Assembly: GCA_022340905.1 (NCBI GenBank)
Contig: JAJDNB010000095.1
Span: forward strand, 10,967 to 74,966
Length of the DNA: 64,000 nt
Direction: 5' to 3'
Source: Deltaproteobacteria bacterium
GTDB taxonomy: Bacteria; Desulfobacterota; Syntrophobacteria; BM002
Numbering within the stretch: the first letter of the stretch is position 1; every line of letters starts with the position of its first letter. Below the pieces are notes generated by a model that worked only from the letters and a program-made list of their open reading frames with translations, did not search any database and was not told where the DNA came from. The translations under genes were made by a program, and so were the position numbers. Below are positions 1 through 8,377 of the stretch, piece after piece.

Positions 1-1835
1 ACCTCCTGTAATTCTCTGCATCCTGGCTCACCCTCCTTTTTGCGCATCAGCAGAAGTTCCGTATATCCCTGTATAGCTTGGAGGAGGTTGTTGAAGTCAT
101 GAGCAATGCCGCCGGCCAGAGTGCCAACTGCCTCCATTTTCTGAGCGTGAAGGAGTTGGCTTTCCAGATTCTTTCGTTCACTGATATCGCGCAGATTGAT
201 CACACTGCCTACGGGCTTGCCGTCCATGTCACGAAGCACTGCTCCGCTGATACTCACTGGAATGATTTTGCCTTCTTTGGTATATCGACTGCTTTCGATG
301 CCTGAGAAGCTCTCGCCGGTCAAAACTCTTTGGATCATTATTTTGGTCTCTGGCCAATTCTCTTCGGGCACGAATAGGTCCATGGTTTTACCCAAACGTT
401 CACCCAGGGACCAGCCGAAAACTCGGGTGAAGGCGGGGTTGAAATAGACAACCTTACCCTCGATGTCGTAGACGACAACAGGATCAGGATTGGCTTCCAG
501 TACAGTGCGATATTTCTCCTCGCTGTCTCGCAGAGCTTCGATGGCTTGTTTGCGCTCAGTGATGTCGTGAACGATTGAGTACAATAGCTTTTTGCCGTTC
601 AAAATGATGGGTCCGCTGAATACTTCGACATCCACAACCTCGCCTCTGGCCAATCGATGACGGAACAAAAAGTGCTGGCTTTGTTCCGGCTTGGCTCTCT
701 CTATTTCTTGAAAAATCTGTTCTTCGGTAAGCGTATTGATATGAAAAATTTTCTTACTGGTAAGCTCTTTGTGGCTCCAGCCATAGAAAGAACAAGCTGC
801 TGGATTGGCATCTACTATGTCGGCAGTCTCGGGATCGACGAGAAGCATCACCGCATGGTTATTCTGGAAAAGACTCCTGTAGCGCTCTTCGCTTTCACGC
901 AGGGCTTCCTCGGCCTGCTTGCGTTCTGTCACATCTCGGACCACACCTCGAAAACCAGCAGGTTTTCCTGTGGAATCCTTCATCAAGGAAGCAGAGAGTT
1001 CCAGAGTCCTTGTGGTGCCGTCCTTTCTGAAAATGTCATAATCTAAAATCTTTGCCGGTTCTCCGGTCTGATATGTCTTGCTGAAGACTCTATACATTCT
1101 TTTGGCGGTTTCCGGCGTAGTATAGTCCCGGTTGTTCATGCCGATCAGTTCGTCTCGGTCATAGCCTGCAATTCTACATAGGGCGTCATTTGCAAAGGTG
1201 AAATTCCCAGCGAGGTCGACTTCGAAGTAACCTTCCTCTATATTTTCAAGAATATTTTTGTACCGCTCCTCGCTCTTTTGAAGCTCCTCCTCTATCCGTC
1301 TGCGTCCTTCTCTTACCCTCGGCAGTTGCTCATTTGTTTCAGAGAGAGCACCGGTTCTCTCCATAATCTCTCTTTCCAACTCAGCGTGGATCTTCAAAAG
1401 TTGGATCTCCTGTTGCCACTTTGACCCGAGAGCCACAGCTAGCTGCACAATCTCTTCTGGTGTAAAAGGTTTTTTGAGATAGAGCATCTTGTCGTCGGGA
1501 GGAACGGGGGAGACTATCGCTTCAGGAGTGACATCGTTATGGGCAGTGACCACGACGATCTCGATGTTGGGGTCGAGCATGCGGATTTTCCCTGCCGCGC
1601 CCACGCCGTCCTTTTCAGAATTTAATCGGCTGTCAATGAATACCAGGGAGAAGGGGGTACCGTCTTCCGCGGCTGCACGGACAGCTTCAACCGCCTCCCC
1701 ACCTTGGCGGCAGAGGGTTACATCGAATGTGTAGCTAGATGTTGGGGAAGAGAGGAATTCTTCGTAGAGTTCACGAACGTGTTGTTCGTGGTCAACTGCT
1801 AAGACTCGTACAGTGTTGGGTCGGGGCACTGACAT
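1..1835 (-). CDS. Hybrid sensor histidine kinase/response regulator with N-terminal receiver and PAS domains, partial. The C-terminal part lies beyond the window start.
   Basis: Reverse-strand translation from the ATG at 1835 (RBS GAGGA upstream) gives [47 protein letters not shown], a receiver domain, followed by repeated PAS S-box segments. Near the window start it reads [31 protein letters not shown], a HisKA H-box almost identical to that of the kinase at 29180-31291. The ORF track missed it because no stop lies inside the window. Confidence 0.75.
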   Translation of the reverse strand, partial: MSVPRPNTVRVLAVDHEQHVRELYEEFLSSPTSSYTFDVTLCRQGGEAVEAVRAAAEDGTPFSLVFIDSRLNSEKDGVGAAGKIRMLDPNIEIVVVTAHNDVTPEAIVSPVPPDDKMLYLKKPFTPEEIVQLAVALGSKWQQEIQLLKIHAELEREIMERTGALSETNEQLPRVREGRRRIEEELQKSEERYKNILENIEEGYFEVDLAGNFTFANDALCRIAGYDRDELIGMNNRDYTTPETAKRMYRVFSKTYQTGEPAKILDYDIFRKDGTTRTLELSASLMKDSTGKPAGFRGVVRDVTERKQAEEALRESEERYRSLFQNNHAVMLLVDPETADIVDANPAACSFYGWSHKELTSKKIFHINTLTEEQIFQEIERAKPEQSQHFLFRHRLARGEVVDVEVFSGPIILNGKKLLYSIVHDITERKQAIEALRDSEEKYRTVLEANPDPVVVYDIEGKVVYFNPAFTRVFGWSLGERLGKTMDLFVPEENWPETKIMIQRVLTGESFSGIESSRYTKEGKIIPVSISGAVLRDMDGKPVGSVINLRDISERKNLESQLLHAQKMEAVGTLAGGIAHDFNNLLQAIQGYTELLLMRKKEGEPGCRELQE

Positions 1836-2142
1836 CAGAGGAAGTCCTCTTTTCTTACGAGGAAAGTAAAGCCACTGACGGAAGTACTAATCAATATGCA
1901 AGAAGCTTGCCCGACCCACGGAAATCAAAATTCCAAATAACAAATCCCAAATATCAAACAAGCTCCAATGACAGAACCTCGCAATTCCAAACATTTACAT
2001 CTTTTTCAAAGAAAAGCGCATCTGAAATATGTTTTGGTCATTGAATATTGGAATTTTTAATTTACTGGTAATTTGGTGCTTGGGATTTGGGATTTAAGAG
2101 TATCTATCTATATGACTCATCTCCGATGAGTGATCACACCCC

Positions 2143-2349
2143 TCAAGACCCCCCATAGCCGATCTCTACTTTTTTGCCTTCCACAATGACCGGCACCTTG
2201 CGCACGCCCTTTGAAAATTTCAACATTGCCTCTAGTTTCTCTGGTTCTGCGACAACGTCCACATAGGTAGCACTGTCACCGTAAGCCGACCTGGCTTGAT
2301 TGGTGTAAGGTCAAGTCGATTTACCGAAGATAATAACTTTTTCTGCCAT
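2143..2349 (-). CDS. Glutaredoxin-like selenoprotein, 68 codons, with an in-frame UGA (Sec) at 2311-2313
   Basis: Translation is MAEKVIIFGKST-U-PYTNQARSAYGDSATYVDVVAEPEKLEAMLKFSKGVRKVPVIVEGKKVEIGYGGS. This is the glutaredoxin fold signature (beta1 - redox motif where CPYC becomes UPYT - ... - VP.I - GG). A strong RBS AGGAGGG sits 6 nt before the ATG. A hairpin AAGCC-AGGUC-GGCUU begins 17 nt after the UGA and contains CAGGUCGGC. The ORF track showed only a spurious 64-aa ORF here. Confidence 0.7.
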
Positions 2350-2466
2350 GCCAACCCTCCTGATGAGTTATCTTACGAGATAAAATAACCACAAAGACCA
2401 CGAAGAACACAAAGATTTTCTTTGTGACCTTTGTGCACTTTGTGGTGAAAGAACACCCATTGTCAT

Positions 2467-3858
2467 TCACTCCAACGTAAAAGTTTCTTGGAATTTGGGG
2501 ATGACCACATCCCATCCCAACCTTGTGTTGATTTTTTCTGCCAGTGATGATGAAGCATCGGGTTCACCGTGAACAATAAAGGTCTTTTGGGGAGGACGGT
2601 TGAAACCCATTAACCAAGCCAATATTTCGTTGTAATCTGCGTGGGCTGAGAAGCCGGATATGTTTTCAACCCGTGCCTTGATAGGAACATCTTCCCCGTG
2701 GATTTTCACCCTTGGGTTTCCGTCCAAGATTTTCCTCCCCCTCGTCCCTTCAGCCTGGTGTCCAATGAACAAAATGGTGTCTTTCCTAGAAGGGAGTCGA
2801 TGCCTCAAGTGATGCAAGATACGACCACCGGTGGCCATACCACTGGCGGAAATAATAATGGCATTTCTCTTTATCTCATTGAGCGCTTTGGATTCGTCTC
2901 GATGTCGACAAAACTTTAGCTGTTGCGGTTTTAGGATGGAGGTTCCCCGAATTTCCAAGACCTTCGCTACCAGACCATAACATCCTTTATTGTTTTCAAA
3001 GACAGCTGTTGTGTCGATTGCCATAGGTGAGTCCACGTACACCGGCAAAGAGGGAATCTCCTTGTCCTCCTCTAGCTCTCTTAGAGAGTAGAGCAGCTCC
3101 TGCGTCCGACCCACGGCAAAAGAAGGAATTACTAGCACTCCACCCCTGTCTACGCTGGCATTGATTACGGCTGCGAGATCCTTCTCTGGTGTTTCGTTTT
3201 GGTGCAGCCTGTTGCCGTAGGTTGATTCCAGGATAAGATAGTCGACCTCGAAGGGCTGGACAGGATCGCGAAGGATTGGTCTCGCTGGCCTACCCAGATC
3301 ACCGCTAAAGACGATCCTGCTTGCCCTCCCCTCTTTCATTAATTTGACGTCAACGAAGGAAGAGCCAAGTATGTGTCCTGCGTCCTTAAATTTTACCCGC
3401 AAGCTGTCAGTCAAAAATATGTCCTCACCGTAATGGTATGGCTCAAACTGTGATAGAGCGTTTTCTGCCTCCTCCACTGTATATAGCGGCAGGGCCGGTT
3501 TGTGTTTAGAGAATCCTCTTTTGTTGGCCCAAGTGGCGTCCTCTTCCTGAAGATGGCCTGAGTCGCGCAAAAGAATCTCACACAGGTTGTAGGTGGGGTG
3601 GGTACAATGGACCTTTCCCTTGAAACCCTGTTTACACAGCCGAGGCAGATAGCCAGAGTGATCAATATGAGCGTGGGTAAGAAAAACTCTGTCTAAATCA
3701 GTGGGAGCGATAGGAAAAGGTTCCCAGTTTCTCAACCTATTTTTCTTTAATCCTTGGAAAAGGCCACAATCTAACAGGAGACTGTTGCCGTCGATCTCTA
3801 GAAAAAAACGAGATCCTGTAACCGTACCCGTGGCACCTAAGAATGTTAGTTTTGTCAT
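2467..3858 (-). CDS. MBL-fold beta-CASP RNA-metabolising metallo-hydrolase (RNase J / CPSF-like)
   Basis: HAHIDHSGYLP metallo-beta-lactamase motif, beta-CASP and RMMBL-like C-terminus, length about 460 aa. Start chosen at MTKLTF (3858) because AGGA lies 9 nt upstream. The longer ORF start at 3891 has no RBS. Confidence 0.8.
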   Translation of the reverse strand: MTKLTFLGATGTVTGSRFFLEIDGNSLLLDCGLFQGLKKNRLRNWEPFPIAPTDLDRVFLTHAHIDHSGYLPRLCKQGFKGKVHCTHPTYNLCEILLRDSGHLQEEDATWANKRGFSKHKPALPLYTVEEAENALSQFEPYHYGEDIFLTDSLRVKFKDAGHILGSSFVDVKLMKEGRASRIVFSGDLGRPARPILRDPVQPFEVDYLILESTYGNRLHQNETPEKDLAAVINASVDRGGVLVIPSFAVGRTQELLYSLRELEEDKEIPSLPVYVDSPMAIDTTAVFENNKGCYGLVAKVLEIRGTSILKPQQLKFCRHRDESKALNEIKRNAIIISASGMATGGRILHHLRHRLPSRKDTILFIGHQAEGTRGRKILDGNPRVKIHGEDVPIKARVENISGFSAHADYNEILAWLMGFNRPPQKTFIVHGEPDASSSLAEKINTRLGWDVVIPKFQETFTLE

Positions 3859-3964
3859 CTTAGATCCTGCATTGAAGACACTAGACACCAAGTCTCGAGG
3901 TGTCAGGTGTCAGGGAGGAGAAACAGAAAAGCTGAAACCTGAACTCTGAAACCTTAGCTTATGT

Positions 3965-4567
3965 TTAGAAGTATTCCTTGTACTTCTTACAGAACTGCGC
4001 AATGCCATCTCCTTCATCTAAAACAATCTTTTTTAGCTTTTGGCAAATCAACAGATCTGTTGGGAAAGCCATTTTTTCAGGCAATCTATCAAGGGCAAAG
4101 AATTTGGCCTCTCTGGCATCGGAACCCGGCTGTAGCTCTCCGCCACTCACCTTTCCCATAAACCAAACACCCACTGTCTGGTGATCTGGATCGTGAAAGT
4201 TAGAATGAACATCGAAAACTGGACCTAACTCGATTTTGAAACCTGTTTCCTCCTCCAACTCGCGGCGAGCACAAAGCCGTATGTCCTCGTCCCACTCAAC
4301 ATGACCACAAGGTATGCACCACATACCATCGTAAGAACCTCGCCGCTTTATGAGCAGCACTTCGTCTCTTTGTAATATGATTACCGCGACGCCAACGGTT
4401 GGGTTTTTGTAATGGATGAAGCCGCACTGGGGACAATATCTGCGAGGGCGGTTACTTTCTGGGTATACAGTCAACGACCCGCCACACAACGGGCAGTATT
4501 GGTAATCCATCTGAGATGAATCTCCGTCTAATTCGAGATAAAGCCGAAAGATAACCCACCCGTCCAT
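3965..4567 (-). CDS. NUDIX hydrolase with N-terminal zinc ribbon (NudC-like NADH pyrophosphatase family)
   Basis: CPLCGG..CPQCG zinc ribbon followed by the Nudix box ..RRELEEETGF.. Confidence 0.8.
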   Translation of the reverse strand: MDGWVIFRLYLELDGDSSQMDYQYCPLCGGSLTVYPESNRPRRYCPQCGFIHYKNPTVGVAVIILQRDEVLLIKRRGSYDGMWCIPCGHVEWDEDIRLCARRELEEETGFKIELGPVFDVHSNFHDPDHQTVGVWFMGKVSGGELQPGSDAREAKFFALDRLPEKMAFPTDLLICQKLKKIVLDEGDGIAQFCKKYKEYF

Positions 4568-4649
4568 AGGAAAGTTATCTATAAGGCAGGCATGATAAAG
4601 AATAAGAATGGTTCATAGATAATTTTGAAAAATCTGAAAGTCTGTATTC

Positions 4650-4844
4650 CTATAAATCTACAAGCATATCCGCCTCACTGCCACAACTTGTGCAGGTGAA
4701 GGATTTTTTTTCTTGCTGCTCCACTCCGGCAGCTTTCTTCTGGGGATCTTCTACGGGGACAAGTTCGCAGGTCACTATCATTTCCGCTTCGTTGCCGCAG
4801 TTTTCGCACTTGCAGACTTCCATCATCTGTCTTTTTTCCGCCAT
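4650..4844 (-). CDS. Small zinc-ribbon protein (two CxxC pairs), hypothetical
   Basis: 64 aa, CKCENCG ... CTSCG. RBS AGGAGAG upstream of the ATG. Acidic, with no recognisable family. Confidence 0.45.
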   Translation of the reverse strand: MAEKRQMMEVCKCENCGNEAEMIVTCELVPVEDPQKKAAGVEQQEKKSFTCTSCGSEADMLVDL

Positions 4845-5086
4845 GGATCTCTCCTATCAGCCAAATAAGTCGTCCATCCAGTTCCCAGAATTATAGTATC
4901 TGCGCTGGGTGAAATCAACGTGAAGATGTCAAACACGGCAAGGCCGAACTGGTTATTATGGCCGAGGGCACTCTTACTCCTTGTCCATAAGTTTTGCAGC
5001 CAAGATATCTAATATTCCTTTGTGTTCTTTGTGCTCTTTGTGGTTTAATCCTTTGCAGCGTGGTAATAAGCAGGAGGAAAGGATGG

Positions 5087-5731
5087 ATGGCTGATCCAGA
5101 ACACGTGGCCAAACTGCGGCAGGGAGTAAAAGCTTGGAATACCTGGAGGGAAGGAAACCCGGATGTTGTTCCTGACCTCAAAAGTGCAGATCTTTCCAAT
5201 TTCAACTTGAGAGGCGCCTTTTTGGTAAGTGCTGATTTGGAACAAGTCTCTCTGGAGAGAGTCAATCTGGAGATGGCAATACTCTGGAAAGCAAATTTAT
5301 CTAAAGCAAACTTGTGGAGAGCCAGCTTAGAAGGTGCTGATTTCCTGGAAGCCAAACTGGCTGGTACAGAACTCATTAGAGCGGACCTGAGGAAAGTTGG
5401 ATTTTTGGGCGCTGATCTGGAGGGCGCTTCTCTAGCAGGTTCCAACCTAGAGGGAGCTGACTTCTGGAAAGCCAGATTGGTGGGTGCGAATCTTTACCGG
5501 GCTAATTTGTCAAAAGCTATGCTGTGGCGAGCCAACCTGGAGGGGGCCAATTTTGCCGAAGCCAAACTGGAAGGGGCGGTCCTCTGGAAAGCAAGACTGC
5601 TAAATGCACTGAATCTCAGGGTTGAGCAGCTCTCCGCGGTAAAAACTATTCAAGGATCGGAGTTAGAGGCAAGGCTCAGGATGGAGATTGAACGGAATTG
5701 CCCAAGTATTTTAGAAGAACCGCAGCGGTGA
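5087..5731 (+). CDS. Pentapeptide-repeat protein
   Basis: Long run of A(N/D)LxxAxLxxA pentapeptide repeats (ANLSKANLWRASLEGADFLEAKLAGTEL...). Start placed at MADPEH (5087) behind AGGAGGAAAGG. The upstream part of the ORF-track call (from 4994) is low-complexity read-through. Confidence 0.8.
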   Translation: MADPEHVAKLRQGVKAWNTWREGNPDVVPDLKSADLSNFNLRGAFLVSADLEQVSLERVNLEMAILWKANLSKANLWRASLEGADFLEAKLAGTELIRADLRKVGFLGADLEGASLAGSNLEGADFWKARLVGANLYRANLSKAMLWRANLEGANFAEAKLEGAVLWKARLLNALNLRVEQLSAVKTIQGSELEARLRMEIERNCPSILEEPQR

Positions 5732-5940
5732 TATTTGGTTTTCAGGAAAATTTGTTATATAAGTAGATTATGAGCACATAGTTCAACAGAGCAACGAACT
5801 AGGTCATGCCAAGGTTCTCCATTTCTGGTTAAATCTCAGGTGAAGAATTCGATAATTTACCCTAAGCGTTGGTTCGAGAATGGTTGAAGGCGGAACCGGA
5901 CAGGCAAAACTTTGTCACCTTTATAGACTGGGAGTAGTGA

Positions 5941-6459
5941 ATGAAGAAAGCGCCATTGCCAGAAAAAGTTACCATAGAAGTGGCGGCCAAGACATTGGGA
6001 GTGTCAAAAGGAACGATAGTGCACTACCTAAACAACGGAAGGTTGTCACGTATAAAAGAAGGATCGACGGTTTATGTTTCAACGGACGAGCTTGGTAAGC
6101 TACTTGAGACAAAGGTAGATCCAGCTGGCACCACTCCGAAGGCAGGGGCGGTCAAGGGTAAACAAGTCGTTGTCACCAGGGTTAAATCTAATGAAGGTGA
6201 TGGGACTACTATCACAGTGGATACGAATCATTATGAGGAAATGCTGACACGACTTGGACGACTCGAGTTGGAAAACCGTAATCTTCTTGCTTATAAAGAC
6301 AGTATGGTGAAGATAAAAAGCGTGTTGAGCGATAAAGAAAAGGAGCTGCAGAAGGCCACGGCCAAATTGCACATGATGGAAGAGGAACTTAGGCGGTTGC
6401 AAAAGATGGGCTGGTGGAAAAGGGTTTTCGGCAGAAAATGGCGAATGATTGGAGGATAG
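5941..6459 (+). CDS. HTH (excisionase/MerR-type) DNA-binding domain protein with C-terminal coiled coil
   Basis: N-terminal VAAKTLGVSKGTIVHYLNNGRL helix-turn-helix. The C-terminal 60 aa has a heptad coiled-coil pattern. RBS GGGAG upstream. Confidence 0.5.
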   Translation: MKKAPLPEKVTIEVAAKTLGVSKGTIVHYLNNGRLSRIKEGSTVYVSTDELGKLLETKVDPAGTTPKAGAVKGKQVVVTRVKSNEGDGTTITVDTNHYEEMLTRLGRLELENRNLLAYKDSMVKIKSVLSDKEKELQKATAKLHMMEEELRRLQKMGWWKRVFGRKWRMIGG

Positions 6460-6728
6460 TATACATCAAACCCAGGCAAATGTATCTGTTGGATTTCAAT
6501 CATTTGCCTTGGACTACACCTAACCTGAGGCTGTTTCAGATACTAGCATTATTTCCTCCCTATGACGCTTCCACATCCCCAGGACCTTCTTTCCCTTAAG
6601 CAATTAAGTGCATGATAATATGATGAAAGATAGGTTTGTGCGTTCTTTGCCTCTCCTCCCTACAGCTCTTGCCTTGAGTTTGGCACATATTCTGCTGTAA
6701 CCGGTGGGAATACACTCAAGGTAATCTG

Positions 6729-7148
6729 ATGGCAGATGAATTTGAAACTTATGGTGATCGACGCAAGGGCAAGGACAGAAGGGGCGACACTGATAGACGC
6801 TCTGGAAGGGATAGACGTAGTGGTGCTGAGAGAAGAAGTACCAGAGACAGACGGTCTGGCTGGGGAAAGGTGGACGAGGAGAGGTTGCAGGGTGCCCTGA
6901 CTGCGGCGGCCACGGTGGCACATCTGTTCAGCCAACCGTTGACAATAGTAATTGGGCACGTGGATCTACTGTTGTCCCGAGTGGAAGATCAAGCCGCCAG
7001 GAGAAAACTAGAAATAATCAAGGAACAATTGCAATCTTTGAGCATGACATTACAGGACTTGAGAAATCTTAGGCATTACAAGACAGTGGATTTGGATGGC
7101 CTTGTCCTGCTAGACATAGGACTACGAAAGGTTAAGAAGCTTGACTGA
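6729..7148 (+). CDS. HisKA (DHp) domain-only protein with N-terminal Arg-rich DRRSG repeats (Spo0B/ChpT-like phosphotransferase candidate)
   Basis: N-terminus DRRKGKDRRGDTDRRSGRDRRSGAERRSTRDRRSG, a degenerate 7-aa repeat. The core AHLFSQPLTIVIGHVDLL matches the HisKA H-box. No HATPase domain follows. Confidence 0.5.
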   Translation: MADEFETYGDRRKGKDRRGDTDRRSGRDRRSGAERRSTRDRRSGWGKVDEERLQGALTAAATVAHLFSQPLTIVIGHVDLLLSRVEDQAARRKLEIIKEQLQSLSMTLQDLRNLRHYKTVDLDGLVLLDIGLRKVKKLD

Positions 7149-7178
7149 GACTGGGACGCATCAGGAAGAGACACTACT

Positions 7179-7568
7179 TTGCGAGATGCCAAAAAAACAG
7201 AAATACTGTTATGGGACAAACACACAACTGAAAGAGAAGTAGTCGAAGAGATGCTCAGAAACCTCGGCTTTAATGTAACAGCCGTTAGTAGCGAGCATGA
7301 CTGTCTCAGAGAATTTTCTAATCGCAAATTTGATCTGGTAATTTTTGATCAAGGTCTGCCAGATCTAGATGTTAGAGAATTTGTTGATGAGTTGGCCGAG
7401 ATAGATCAAATGACACCAATAGCAATGATGGCAACTTTAGCTGTTGAATTCTATGAGAAAAGATTTGGAGGTTCCAATATTGATTTTCTTATAGTTAAGC
7501 CATTCGAGTTGGTTCAGCTTCAGAAGTTGGTTGAAGAAGCTGTGGAACTTGGCGAGCGACTGAAATGA
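7179..7568 (+). CDS. Stand-alone response-regulator receiver domain protein
   Basis: DLVIFDQGLPDLD (phospho-Asp), PIAMMAT (conserved T/S position), FLIVKPF (conserved Lys). No output domain. Confidence 0.6.
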   Translation: MRDAKKTEILLWDKHTTEREVVEEMLRNLGFNVTAVSSEHDCLREFSNRKFDLVIFDQGLPDLDVREFVDELAEIDQMTPIAMMATLAVEFYEKRFGGSNIDFLIVKPFELVQLQKLVEEAVELGERLK

Positions 7569-7630
7569 AGTGGTTAAATCAATGGCGTCAACGATCACCG
7601 TCGAACGGTGAAAAAGGAGGAGGTGAAAAG

Positions 7631-7831
7631 ATGGCTGAAAATGGTGGAGTATATGATAAGGTGGAATCCATCTTGGCAAAACTGTTTGTATTGAGGGATT
7701 CTTGCACGGGTGTTATACATAAAGGAGATTCCCCTTCCAACGCGATCTGGTTTCAGGGAGCTGAGACTATTCTGAAAGAGGCGGTGGATGAGCTTCAAGC
7801 GGCACTCCGCTCCCTAGAGGAGGGTAGTTAA
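7631..7831 (+). CDS. Small conserved hypothetical protein, copy 1 of a tandem triplicated family
   Basis: MAENGGVYDKVESILAKLFVLRDSCTGVIHKGDSPSNAIWFQGAETILKEAVDELQAALRSLEEGS. Start behind AAAGGAGGAGG. Stop overlaps the next start (TAATG). Confidence 0.5.
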   Translation: MAENGGVYDKVESILAKLFVLRDSCTGVIHKGDSPSNAIWFQGAETILKEAVDELQAALRSLEEGS

Positions 7832-8031
7832 TGAGCAATCATGGTGAAGTCTATGACAAAATGGAAAGTATCCTGGCAAAACTAAGCGTCTTAAGAGATT
7901 CTTGCACGGGCGTAATTCATAAAGAAGGGCCGAACTCCAATTTGATCTGGTTTCAGGGCGCCGAGGCCATGTTGCAAGAGGGGGTGGATGAACTCCAAAA
8001 GGCACTTCTTGCTCTGGAGGAGGGTAGTTAA
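7831..8031 (+). CDS. Small conserved hypothetical protein, copy 2 of the tandem family
   Basis: About 65% identical to copy 1 (VYDKMESILAKLSVLRDSCTGVIHKEGPNSNLIWFQGAE...). TAATG overlaps on both sides. Confidence 0.5.
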   Translation: MSNHGEVYDKMESILAKLSVLRDSCTGVIHKEGPNSNLIWFQGAEAMLQEGVDELQKALLALEEGS

Positions 8032-8324
8032 TGGCCAGCCATGGTGTAGTCTACGACAGGGTGGAAGGTATAGTGGCCAAACTTTATGTGCTGAGAGATT
8101 CCTGTACTGGAATAATTCACACGGAGAGATCAAACCCTAATCAGATGTGGTTTCAGGGCGCTGAGACAATCCTACAGGAAGCCGTGGATCAACTTCAGGG
8201 AGTACTTCAAGTTCTGGAAACCGGCGAGGAGGGTGAGCCTGCCATACCAGAGGAGGAAGTGGTAGAAGCCCCGAGCGAGGTGGATGAAGAGGAAGAAGAG
8301 ACTCCAGACGAAGAAACTGAGTGA
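8031..8324 (+). CDS. Small conserved hypothetical protein, copy 3, with acidic Glu-rich C-terminal tail
   Basis: Same core (VYDRVEGIVAKLYVLRDSCTGIIH..WFQGAE..) plus the tail EEGEPAIPEEEVVEAPSEVDEEEEETPDEETE. Confidence 0.5.
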   Translation: MASHGVVYDRVEGIVAKLYVLRDSCTGIIHTERSNPNQMWFQGAETILQEAVDQLQGVLQVLETGEEGEPAIPEEEVVEAPSEVDEEEEETPDEETE

Positions 8325-8377
8325 GGGAGATCTGCCCAGGGCCGGGATTGAACGAGCACACCAGAAGAGCTTGACTT

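Noticed and set aside
2321-2515. ORF-track 64-aa ORF on the minus strand overlapping the Grx-like gene start
   Set aside because: Low-complexity translation with no RBS. It is explained by the real selenoprotein gene and its promoter region.
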